A DNA stretch of 64,000 nucleotides from Anaeramoeba ignava BMAN (taxonomy: Eukaryota; Protista; Anaeramoebae), in contig JAPDFW010000138.1 in the NCBI GenBank assembly GCA_028826165.1, positions 1-64,000 of the forward strand. Reading direction: 5' to 3'. Below the pieces are notes generated by a model, which was given only the letters and a program-made list of their open reading frames with translations, did not search any database and had not been told where the DNA came from. Below are positions 1 through 11,564 of this stretch, one piece after another. Each line of letters opens with the position of its first letter. The first letter of the stretch is position 1. The translations under genes and the position numbers were made by a program.

Positions 1-3000
1 AATACAAGATGATGACCAAATAAGTCCTGGTGGAATTTCACTTCCTTTGTTTGGTAATCTTCTCCATCTTATTGTATCTGAAAAGGATATCAAAAAGAAT
101 TTTAATTTTAATTTTTAATTTTGATTTTGATTTTAAATTTTTGATTTTAATTTTAATTTTAATTTTAATTTTAATTTTGATTTTGATTTTCATTTAAATT
201 TAATTTTAATTTTTAATTTTAATTTTAATTTTAATTTTAAATTTTAATTTTAAATTTAAATTTTAATTTTTAATTTTAATTTTAATTTTAATTTTAATTT
301 AAATTTAAATTTTTAATTTTAATTTTAATTTTAATTTTAATTTGATTTTTAATTATAATTTTTAATTTTAATTTAATTTTAATTTTGATTTTCATTTTAA
401 TTTTAATTTTGATTTTAATTTTAATTTTAATTTTAATTTTGATTTTAAATTTTGATTTTAATTTTAATTTTTGATTTTAATTTTAATTTTGATTTTGATT
501 TTAATTTTAATTTTAATTTTGATTTTAATTTTTGATTTTAATTTTAATTTTAATTTTAATTTTAATTTTAATTTTAATTTTAATTTTAATTTTGATTTTA
601 ATTTTGATTTTAATTTTAATTTTAATTTTAATTTTAAATTTTTGATTTTAATTTTTGATTTTGATTTTAATTTTAATTTTAATTTTAATTTTAATTTAAA
701 TTTTAATTTTGATTTTAATTTTAATTTTAAATTTTATTTTTAATTTTAATTTTAATTTTAATTTTAATTTTAATTTTAATTTTGATTTTAATTTTTGATT
801 TTAATTTCATTTTAATTTTAATTTTAATTTTTGATTTCAATTTTAATTTTAATTTTAATTTTAATTTTATAAATGAATTTTGATTTTGATTTCTACCCAA
901 TAAATCAATTTCATGTTCATTAAAATCATTTATAACAGTAACAAAAGTATCAACTAAAAAAGTTTTTTCAGTTTCATCATGACAAAAAATAAAAATTTCA
1001 GCAGGAAATAAAATAATCCACATTGGATCATTTTTCTTAACAGTAATTATAAGATTTCGAATATAAATTAAATGTCTTTTAGTTAATCTTCCTTCTTTTC
1101 TTCTTTTAGCAAATAAAGCAATATCATTAAATAAGAAAAGAATTAAAGTACTTTTTCTTTGCTGATAAAAAATATTAACTTTCTTTTCGAAAATTAGTTT
1201 TCTTCCATATTCAGCTAAAACCTAATTTAAAAAATTATTCATCAATATAAATTTATATTGATTAGAAAGAATATCAACAAAATAATGTCTATTTAATCTT
1301 AATTATTTTGATTTTTTTACAATTTTTTCTTCTTTGAATTGTTTCTCAATTGAGAGTAATTTTTCAAACATTTCTGATTCTGCTTTATTTCTATTTACTT
1401 GTTGTGCAACTTCATTAATTTTTTCTAATGCTTGAGTTAAAAATTGGAAGTCTGGATGTTGAGGTTCTGTATATTTCAAAAAACCCTAAAAAAATATTGA
1501 ATATTAAATATTGAATTAAATATTGAATTGAATTGAATTGAATTGAATATTAAATTGAATATTGAATATTGAATTGAATATTAAATTAAATTGAATATTA
1601 AATTGAATTAAATTAAATTGAACATTAAATTGAATATTGATTTAAAAATTGAATTGAATTGAATTAAAAATTGAATTGAATTGAATTAAATATTGAATTA
1701 AATTGAATTAAATTGAATTGAATTAAATTGAATTGAATTGAATTGAATATTGAATTGAATTGAATTGAATTGAATTGAATTGAAATACCTCAAAAAGTAA
1801 TGAATAACGAGGAATTCTTTGAACAGGAGTAATAAGTAAAGTTTGTAAATCTAAACGTTTAATAAGAGGATCAGCAGCAATTTTTGCAAGTAATTTTGCA
1901 ATTGAAGAATTTTTCATGCAAGCATCTAAAATTTTATAAGCATTATCATAATTATTAACATAATGACTATAAGGTTTAATAAAAATAGGAATAAAATCTG
2001 ATAAAATATCTCCATAATAAAATATATTAGGATCACTTTTTCTTGCTAAAAGTTTTTCATAAAAAAGTGTATTAACTTGATAAAGTTGTTCTGAATTCGA
2101 AAATATTTGATCTAGTAATTCGTTTTTAACTAATTTTTTCTCTTTTAATGGTTTTCTATAATATGTATGCATTAAAGCAATATGATGAAGATAGTTTTTT
2201 TCCGTTTCAATTAATTCATTTAATAAAGCTCTTTTTTTAATTGCCGGTCGAAATTCCTCTATTTAATTTTAATTTTAAATTTAATTTTAATTTTAATATT
2301 TATATTTAATTTAAATTTTAATTTTAATTTTAATTTTGATTTTAAATTTAATTTTAATTTTAATATTGATTTTAATTTTAATTTTCATTTTGATTTTAAT
2401 TTAAATTTTAATTTTAATTTTAATTTAAATTTTAATTTTAATTTTTAATTTTATAAATGGATTTTGATTTTAATTTTAATTTTAATTTTGATTTTCAATT
2501 TTAATTTTGATTTTAATTTTAATTTTATAAATGAATTTTAATTTTAATTTTAATTTTATTTTTAATTTTAATTTTAATTTTTAATTTTAATTTTTAATTT
2601 TGAAATTTGTTTGTAATAATGATTGTAATTTTGAATTGAATTTTTGAATTGAATTTTTGAATTGAAATTTTAAATTTCAAAATTCAATAATTAAAAAAGA
2701 AAAAAGTTTTTGGATAAATTTTAATTTACGACAAGTTAATAATCTTTTTCGATCAAGAAAACCTCTACAAATTTTTTGTATTTGAATAGCTGCATTGTTT
2801 CTTTGAATTTCTTTTGGATCTTGAATTTTTTCTTTTGGTTTTTCAATTAAATTTTTAACTTCAGAAAGAATTTCTTGTAATTGATTTGTTGGCCTTCTTT
2901 TGCCACTATGAAGCAATTTTTTTTCTTCTGAATCTTCTTTTTCAATTTTAATTGGCTCAGAAATTGCTTTTCCAACTGGTTGAAAATTTTTTTGTTCAAG

Positions 3001-3012
3001 ATATTTTTGCAT
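1..3012 (-). CDS. IQ-motif + DH-PH RhoGEF (multi-exon, 3' end runs off the window; possible kelch region follows)
   Basis: Exons 3012-2730, 2258-1789, 1485-1321, 1221-897 and 77-<1 splice in frame at GT-AG. IQ motif AAIQIQKICRGFLDRK; DH motifs ELIETEKNY and LLITPVQRIPRYSLL, then HPDF; PH-like RKLIFEK..LFLFNDIALF. Confidence 0.85.
78..896. repeat. (TTTTAA/TTTTGA)n hexamer microsatellite filling a RhoGEF intron
   Basis: Visible hexamer array bounded by splice sites at 896-895 (GT) and 79-78 (AG) on the minus strand. Confidence 0.9.
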
Positions 3013-3443
3013 ATTTTGAAGAAAGAAAAAAAAAATTAAAACAAAAAAAAATGATTTTTTTAAATTGGAATTTTTTCCACTTTTTCTTTAATTTTTTAAT
3101 TTTAATTTTGAATTTAATTTCATTAATAATTTTTAAATTTTAATTTTAATTTTAATTTTGAATTTTGATTTTAATTTTAATTTTAATTTTAATTTGATTT
3201 TTAATTTTAATTTTGAATTTAATTTCATTAATAATTTTTAAATTTTAATTTTAATTTTAATTTTAATTTTAATTTTAATTTTAATTTTAATTTTGAATTT
3301 AATTTTAATTTTAATTTTAATTTTAATTTTAATTTTGATTTTAATTTTTGATTTTGATTTTAATTTTAATTTTAATTTTAATTTTAATTTTGATTTTAAT
3401 TTTAATTTTGATTTTAATTTTAATTTTGATTTTAATTTTAATT

Positions 3444-5228
3444 TTAATTATTAAATTTGTTAATTAATAAATCAAATAAATTTGGATTTGTTTGATTTAA
3501 TTGAAAATAATCAATTCCAATTTGAATTTCATTAATTATTTCTTGTGTAATTTCAATTCCTTCTTTGATTTGATTTGAATAAATCCAATATTCAAATATT
3601 TGAAATGATTTATTACTTAATTCACTATAATCTGTAACTTTATTAGAAGTATCATTTGTTACAGATAAAAACATTCCTCGATATAATTCACTTCTCATTA
3701 TTAATATTAATTTTGGAAATTTATACTGTTTTTCTTTTCTTTCAATTATAAAATCTTTTTCATTTTCATTTTCATTTAAATAAATTCTTTTCATTGTTTC
3801 TTCAATTTTTTCATTTGAATTTATAATTTCTTTAATTTCAAAATATAATTTTGGATTTATTTTGGAATTGTTTGAATAAATCATTTCAAATATTTGATTT
3901 GATTCTTTAATTGATTTTTTTGAAATAATTTCTTGAAGTTTTTCAATTTCATTTTGATTTTGTTTTAATCTATATTTCAATATTAATTTATGAGCTTCAA
4001 TTATTTCTCCATTTTCTGTTTTAAATGAAATATCACAAAATTCTTTTCTTCTAAATAATTTTATCAAATCTTCTTCAAGATTGGAAAAAGGAGAAAGGAA
4101 AGGAGAATAATAAAGAAATGATTTGTAAGCACAACAAGAAATATGATAATTAGAAATTTCTTCATTAAATCTTAATTCAGGAAATTCAATTTGAATAGGA
4201 ACTAATTGATTTTTTATATTTCCAGTTCCTAATTGATGAAAAAAATTATTTCCAAAACCTATTAATTTTGGTTTGGAAGTTAAAATCAAAGTATGATTAT
4301 ATCCACAAGAAATTTCAAGAATATTATCATCATCTTCAAATAAAGATGATTTGATTTCAGTAAATTCATAAGTATTTCCATTTTTGCCAAGTCCATTATA
4401 TTCCCCAAATCCACATGAATAAAGTTTTCTTTTTGGATTTTGATTTTGATTTTCATTTTCAATCAGCATTATTGAATGGTCATATCCACATTGAATATCA
4501 ATTATTTTGCCTTTTGGAATATTTTGGATTTTAGTTAATTTATCGATTGTTTCATCTTTTCTTCTTGATTCTCTTAATCCAAATTTACCATATTCATTAT
4601 ATCCACATCCAAATAATTCTTGATTTGAATTTAAAAGGAAAACACGATTTGAATAATTTCCTGAAAATATTTTAGAAACATTTTTCATCATTAAGATTGG
4701 TTTTTCTATTTTTTTAAGTGTTTTAGAATCAACACCAAGTTGAGAATATTGATTTGAACCAATTCCATAAGCATTTTGATTTGAAGTTAATAAGTAAATT
4801 GAAGTATATCCAGTAACAATATCTTGAATTATTCTATCATTTGTATCTTCAATTAATGATGAAATATTGATAAATTCATTTGAATTATTTGGATTAATAT
4901 CTTTTCCTTTGGCAAATACATTTCCTTCTTTTGTTAAAATAGCTTCATTTTGAGAACCAACAGTTACTTTTTGAATATTTTCTTCAATTTGGATTTTTTC
5001 AGGATTTTGATTTGAATCATTTAAATAATATTCATTTAAATATTCTATTGCTTTTCCATTTTCAAAAAGGAAAATTGTTGAATAATTTCCTGATGAAATT
5101 TGTTTAATTTGTTTTTCATTTTCATTTTCATTTTCAAATTTAAATTGAATTGGTTTTGTTATTTTATTTGGTTCATTTTTGAAAAGTTTTGGCTTATTAT
5201 TTAAACCAAAAAATAAAATTTCATTCAT
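3444..5228 (-). CDS. RCC1-like repeat + BTB/POZ domain protein
   Basis: Intronless 594-aa ORF. RCC1 repeats (IIDIQCGYDHSIML, ISCGYNHTLIL, GNNFFHQLGTG); BTB motifs FCDISF..IEAHKLILKYR and LILIMRSELYRGMF. Confidence 0.85.
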   Translation of the reverse strand: MNEILFFGLNNKPKLFKNEPNKITKPIQFKFENENENEKQIKQISSGNYSTIFLFENGKAIEYLNEYYLNDSNQNPEKIQIEENIQKVTVGSQNEAILTKEGNVFAKGKDINPNNSNEFINISSLIEDTNDRIIQDIVTGYTSIYLLTSNQNAYGIGSNQYSQLGVDSKTLKKIEKPILMMKNVSKIFSGNYSNRVFLLNSNQELFGCGYNEYGKFGLRESRRKDETIDKLTKIQNIPKGKIIDIQCGYDHSIMLIENENQNQNPKRKLYSCGFGEYNGLGKNGNTYEFTEIKSSLFEDDDNILEISCGYNHTLILTSKPKLIGFGNNFFHQLGTGNIKNQLVPIQIEFPELRFNEEISNYHISCCAYKSFLYYSPFLSPFSNLEEDLIKLFRRKEFCDISFKTENGEIIEAHKLILKYRLKQNQNEIEKLQEIISKKSIKESNQIFEMIYSNNSKINPKLYFEIKEIINSNEKIEETMKRIYLNENENEKDFIIERKEKQYKFPKLILIMRSELYRGMFLSVTNDTSNKVTDYSELSNKSFQIFEYWIYSNQIKEGIEITQEIINEIQIGIDYFQLNQTNPNLFDLLINKFNN

Positions 5229-5279
5229 TTTTAAAAAGAAAAAAAATGAAAAAAATGAAAAAATGAAAAAAAAAGAAAA

Positions 5280-8200
5280 TTAAATGAAATAAGTCTCAAG
5301 TTCATCAACTTCCCATTTATTTTGACAACCAGCTAAATAACTTGTTGCTTCTTCTGTATTAAATTGAATTCCATTAGGTAGTTTGTAACTGCTTCCAAAC
5401 CCTGAATATCCATATTTTAAATTAGAAAATAACTCGATATCACCTGTAAATATTTTAATAAAAAAAATGATTATGTTATTTATTTATTAATTTAATGTTA
5501 ATTTTGATAAAAATTTTTGATTAAACTAAAATAATTTACTATCTATTTCCATAAAGATAAATATATAATTTTAATAAAAATTTAATTTATTAAATCAAAA
5601 TCATTTACCCTCTATTTTCATAAAGATATTTAATTTTCATTATTTATTCAATGAATTTTAATTATAATAACAAGATTAAATAAATATTATATTTACTTCC
5701 AAAAACGGCAACTTTGCTTAATTGATACTTAATAGCATATTTTTCATAATAATTTTGAAGTGGGAATTTCTTTGGATTTCGATCTCCTTTATCATTTCTT
5801 AATGAAAAAATAAATGCATTTAGATCTGGAATATATCCCTCTTCCTTTCTTCTATCTTTTTTTCTCCATTTTAATTTATCAGTTGTAAATCCAACTTCAG
5901 TAAAACCTCCAAAAATAAAATTATCTTTTGTTTTGATAATAATTAATGTTTTTCCTTTATCATCACAACTTTTGTGCCATTTTTGAGAATTAAATCCATC
6001 ATTTTTTGCTGAAAATCCTTTTTTCATTTTAGAAAAAAAATCATTATCATTTATCCATCTTTGTAATTTATAAATATATTCTCTATCTTGAATAATTTCT
6101 GAATTGGAAAAAATCTTTTCTAATCCCATTTCTTGTTTCATTTTCTCAATTTCTGCTTTTAAATTTTGATTCTCTTTTTCTTTGTTTTGAATTTCTGATT
6201 TCAAATCTTGATTATCTCTTTCTTCATTTTTCTTTCTATTTCCTTGTTTTTCGATTTCTTCTTCTAATTTCTTGATTTTTTGATCTTTCTCTTCAATTCT
6301 CCTGTTTTTCTCTTGATTTTCTTTTGATTTTTCTTCAATAGTTTGTTTATGCAAATCTAGTTGAGAGTTATGAAACTGTGAAATTCCATCAAGAAATGTC
6401 TTTGTTTGTTCTTTTTGTGTTTCAATTTGTAAATTCAATTTGGAAATCTCTTTTTCTTTCTTCTCAGTTTCTTGATTTAATTTTTCAACTTCTAATTTCA
6501 AATTCAAAATCTCTTTTTCTTTCTTCTCATTTTCTTCATTTTTGTTTTCAACTTCTAATTTCAAATTCAAAATTTCTTTTTGTTGCTTTTGATTTTCTTG
6601 ATGTTTGTTTTCATTTTCTTGTTTTAATTTTGTGATTTCTTCTTGTTGTTTTTGATTTTCTAATTTCAAATTCAAAATCTCTTTTTCTTTCTTCTCATTT
6701 TCTTCATTTTTCTTTCCATTTGTTTTTCTTTCTCAACAAATTCTAATTGTGTTTTTAAAAATTTGAGAAATTTTTCTCGAGAAGTGTTTCTGTTTCTTGA
6801 TCTTGAATTTTATAATTCTTGACTAATGTGATTAAATCAAAAATTGATTTTTGTTTGGAAATCATTTCAAATGATAAATTAAAAGCTAAAGAATTGGATT
6901 TATCACATAAAAGTGCCTTCTTAAATTCCTCAATAGCTTTATCGTTTTCTTTTTTTTTAGAATAAATTTGCCCAATTTTGATGTGAATTAAACATTCATT
7001 CGATTTATCTTGTTTTAAATTATAAAAAGAAAGGCAAGTTTTTGAAGCGCTTCAAGATAATCTGGATTCATTTCTAAAACTTTATTCAAATATTCAATAG
7101 CTTTTGAATAGTTATTTTTTGTCAAATAACAATTTGCTTTTTTAAAATACCAATTTGGTGTTTCTTTATGATTTCCAAGTGCTTCTTCTGCTAAAATTAG
7201 AAGCGAATAAACTTCTAAATAAAGATTTGTTGTTGTTGTATCTTTATTTGAATTCCCTTCTTCGATTTGGATTAAAATATCCTTCGTTTTTTGAGGATTT
7301 TGTTCAAGATAAATTCTGGAAAGTGAAATATTTGTTTCTAAAATTTTTGAAGTTGAATTGCTAGTAGAATAAATTTCTTTTAAAATCAATAAAGCGTTTT
7401 CAATTAAATTCGGATTTGTTGTCAGTTTAAACGATTTTGTTAATAATTGTTCTGCTTCTCTGTATTCTCTTTGTTTAAAGAGAATTTCTCCTTTTGCAAA
7501 TTGTTGTTTAGCAAGTTCTTCTGGAATTCTTAATTCTTTTTCTAAAAGGGAAATTTGTAAATTAATAATTTGTAAATTTTCTGGTTCTAATTTTCTTGCG
7601 AATTCAAGAATTTTATAAGCGATATCGGAATTTGATTGTTTAATTTCTAGAGATTTGGTTACGCATTTTGAGATTTTTTCTGTTTTCCATTTTTCAATTT
7701 CAGATTTCAAATCCAAATTAGGTTGAACAAATTTAGGATCAATTCTTTCATTTTTTTCAGGAATAGTTGGATTTTCTGGATTTTCTTGAATAATTTTCTC
7801 AATATATTTTCTTTCATAAGTTCTTCCATTCACCAAAACTGGATCTTGAAGAATTTTATTTGATTCAAGTTTGTTTTCATAGTTTGTGGGTATTTTCATG
7901 AACTTCTCCAATTTTTTGATGTTGATGGAACTCTCATTTTTTGCTTCAATTTGATTTGTTATCAGAAATGTTGTTCCAACTGACTCATTCAATACAGTTT
8001 TGATCAAATTTAAAAACTGAATTACAAAATTTCCTGGATAATCGCAATAAGATTCAAATTGTGAGAAATTAATTTCATTTGCTTCTGAATTTAAAGAATC
8101 AAATATTTGCTCAATTTTTAAATCAATTTCGTTTTTGGCAACTAATTCTTCAATTACATTATAAAACTTCTTTTTTTCTTCTTCATTTAAATTGATTAGA

Positions 8201-9253
8201 TATTCTTGAAGAGATCCAACAATTTTTTTGGATTGTAAACAAGTTATCAGGAAATAGAAATCATGGATAGCTTTTGTTAATTCTTCTTTATCTAAAAATT
8301 TGTTGTTATCTCTATTTCAAACAAAAAGAAGGAATAAATCCAAAGAAATTTATTCTATTATAATTGAATTGTTGTTTTCAATTTATATTTAATTACAAAT
8401 CCCAAGAAGTAAATAGAATTTTAATTTGGTAATTCCAATCACTTATTGAAAATTCAAGAATTTCTTTCATAATTTTTTCAAAATTAATCGGATCTTCAGC
8501 TTTTCTATTTTCAATAAAAAATGAATCAAAAATGAATCAGTCTAATTATCAATTTGTAAAAGGAGATACTTACAGTTGAAATATTCCACAAATAATTTCT
8601 CCACTTTTCTTTTCAAGTCCAAATCTCTGTTCAATAAATCCCAAATTGGTTTTTTCATATTCAAATATTATTTGATTTCTTGGTTCATCAATTTTTTGGA
8701 TTTGATTTCGTTGAATTTCTTGAGATAAATTTTGAAGATATTTTTGAGTTTTTGCATCATTGCTTTGTTGATCATTCCTCATTTCCTTAAAAAGTTTAGC
8801 AAGATCTTGAATATCGGTATGAGTTAATATAGTTAAATCCATATTCAAATCCCCAATATAACTATCTAATCTAATTGATTCCTCTTGAAATGCTTTTTGT
8901 TTTTTTTTTGATGTAAAAAATTTCTTTACTTTTGATTCTGTATCATATTTTTTTAACATTTCTTGTATTTTTTTCAAAGTTTCATTAACGTTTTCTAATG
9001 TTGAAAAAAGAAACTTAGATGTTTGAATTTGTTTAATTTCTATTTTATTATTTTTTATTTTTTTTTGAATTAAATTATCCAATTTATTTTCCCTTTTTTT
9101 TTTTTGCTTTTTTTTACCTTCTATTGGGTTTTTGAGAGCATCTATTCTTTGAAGTAATCTCTTAACTTCATCAATATTCTCTTTATATGAATCATATCTT
9201 TTTTTAAAGAACCCAATAATAGAAGTAATTGATTGAATAATTTCAGATGCCAT
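5280..9253 (-). CDS. MLKL-N-like 4-helix bundle - EF-hand (NCS-like) - U-box - TPR - coiled coil - TLDc protein, copy A (homopolymer frameshifts at about 7025 and 6725-6780)
   Basis: Exons 9253-9118, 9039-8574, 8504-8397, 8311-5697 and 5443-5280. N-term KENIDEVKRLLQRIDAL..KYDTESKVKKFF..FQEESIRLD; EF loop DLDNNKFLDKEE; U-box ILQDPVLVNGRTYERKYIE..PNLDLKSEIEKW; TPR YSKAIEYLNKVLEMNPDY; TLDc DGFNSQKWHKSCDDKGKTL..IFGGFT..WEVDELETYFI. Confidence 0.75.
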
Positions 9254-9329
9254 AATTAACAAAAAAAAAATGAAAAAAAAATGAAAAAAAAATTTTTTTT
9301 TATTCCAATTTATTTAAAATAATTTATTT

Positions 9330-10145
9330 ATTAAAATAATATAAAACTATTCCAAATATTTTAATAAAATTGATAAAATATTTTAATAAAGAAAAAAAAT
9401 GAATTGAAACCTATTTTAATAATAATTTAATTATGGAAACTATATAAAAATTAATTTTAAAAATAATTTAATTATTAAAATATTATTTTTTAATTTAAAT
9501 TTATTTATATTTTATTATTAAATATTTTTATAAAGAAAAAAAAATGAATTGAAATCTATTTTAATAATAATTTAATTATAAAAACTATATAAAAATTAAT
9601 TTTAAAAATAATTTAATTATTAGAATAATATTTTTTAATTTAATTTTATTTATATTTTATTATTAAATATTTTTAATTAATTTATTATTTAAATTTTAAA
9701 TAGATTTAATTAAAATTAAATTATAGAAATTATATAAAAATTAATTTTAAAAATAATTTAATTATTAAAATAATATAAAACTATTCCCAATATTTTAATA
9801 AAATTGATAAAATATTTTAATAAAGAAAAAAAATGAATTGAAACCTATTTTAATAATAATTTAATTATAAAAACTATATAAAAATTAATTTTAAAAATAA
9901 TTTAATTATTAAAATAATATTTTTAATTTAAAATTATTTATATTTTTTATTAAATATTTTTAATTAATTTATTATTTAAATTTTAAATAGATTTAATTAA
10001 ATTTAAATTATGAAAATTATATAAAAATTAATTTTAAAAATAATTTAATTATTAAAATAATATTTTTAATTTAAAATTATTTATATTTTATTATTAAATA
10101 TTTTAATAAAGAAAAAAAATGAATTGAAACCTATTTTAATAATAA
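9330..10145. repeat. Complex AT-rich repeat modules in the divergent promoter (AAAGAAAAAAAATGAATTGAAACCTATTTTAATAATAA about 4x)
   Basis: Module recurs near 9388, 9532, 9822 and 10108, and again in the duplicated region at about 15990-16790. Confidence 0.7.
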
Positions 10146-10946
10146 ATTAATTTGGAATTTATTCTATTTTATATATTTTATTAATTTTTATTTATTTAGA
10201 ATAATATTTTTTAATTTAAAATTAATTATATTTCTTTATTAAATAATTTTAAATTGATTTTTCTTATTTTAATATTTTAATAAAAGAATCCAAATTTAAT
10301 TATAATTAAATTCTATTTCCAATTTTTATTTTAATTTATTAAAATTAATTAAATAAAAATAATTATAAAATTAAATTCATTTCACTTCTTAATTTATTTA
10401 TAATTTAAATAAAAACTTTTTTCCATTTTTTTTTTTTAAAATAAAATAAAAAGCAAAAAATAAAATAAATAAAAAGTTTTTGGAGAAGCAAAAGCAAAAA
10501 TAAAATCAATAAAAAGAAAAGAACATAATTTTTTATGTTATTGAAAAGAATCAATAATTTCTTTTATTTTTTAATTTAATTTTTAATTATTTAAACTCAA
10601 TTTCAAAAATTTGGACAATTTATTCCAAAAAAATATAAATAAATAAATATAAACAAAAGAAATAAAAATACTGTCCGTTTTTTAAATAATTAAAATTAGA
10701 TCAATAAGAAAAGGAAAAGAAATAAATATTTGTTTTATTTTGTTTTGGTTTTATTTTGTTTGTTTTATTTATGATCCTCTTTTTAATTTAAAATTGGACA
10801 AAAAAAATAATTTTTTTTATTAAAAAAATATTGCCTGCATTTTAATAAATAAAGAAATTGGACTTTAAAAGAAAAAAAAACTAAATAGAATAAAGTTCAT
10901 TTTTTTTTCATTTGGAAAAAATTTTTTTAAAAAACACAAAAAAAAG

Positions 10947-11372
10947 ATGGCAATTACTGAAAAACAAATCAAAGCAACATTTGATGCTATTGATACTGAT
11001 AAAAGTGGAAAACTTGATAAGAAAGAATTCACAACTTTTTGCAAAAGATTTGGAAATCGATTTTCAGATTGGGAAATTAACTTAATGATTAAAATTGCAG
11101 ATAAAGATGGAGATGGAATTTCTTATTCTGAATTCAAACATTATGTTCTTGATGATCATTCACATCCTTCCAAAGATGATTTAAAAAAGATTTTCAAAGC
11201 TTGTGATTTGGATGGAAATGGAACAGTTAGTAAAGGTGAAATTATGCAAGTTTCTCGTTTTTTACGTCGACCAATGACTGAACAACAAGCGAATCAATTT
11301 ATGGATAAATATGATACTGATAAATCTGGAAGTCTCAAATGGAAAGAATTCAAAAAAATATGGATCAAATAA
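10947..11372 (+). CDS. Calmodulin-like 4-EF-hand protein, copy A
   Basis: 141 aa. EF loops DTDKSGKLDKKE, DKDGDG-ISYSE (one residue short), DLDGNGTVSKGE and DTDKSGSLKWKE. Confidence 0.92.
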   Translation: MAITEKQIKATFDAIDTDKSGKLDKKEFTTFCKRFGNRFSDWEINLMIKIADKDGDGISYSEFKHYVLDDHSHPSKDDLKKIFKACDLDGNGTVSKGEIMQVSRFLRRPMTEQQANQFMDKYDTDKSGSLKWKEFKKIWIK

Positions 11373-11564
11373 TTTCTTTTTTTTTTCTTTTCAATTCTTT
11401 TTTTTTCTTTCTAATTTTTGAATTCCTTTTTTTTTTCTTCTTATTCAAACAAATTCAAACATTAAAAAAAGTTTCTTCCTTCTCAATTCTTTTATTTCCT
11501 TTTTATTTTCTTATTAGTTTATTAATTTTTAATTTGAATTGTTTTCTTATTTATTAATTAATTT

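Noticed and set aside
471-743. ORFs of ILILIL/FNFNFN/KIKIKI/LKLKL type (also 23971-24492, 31878-32183, 35125-35622, 37884-38364, 41210-41539, 49940-50638, 61443-62108)
   Set aside because: They are stop-free frames of intronic or intergenic microsatellites, or alternative frames and antisense of low-complexity coding regions.
7015-8007. CHIP/STUB1 orthologue
   Set aside because: The order is U-box then TPR (the reverse of CHIP), and the ORF is an internal part of a much larger gene.
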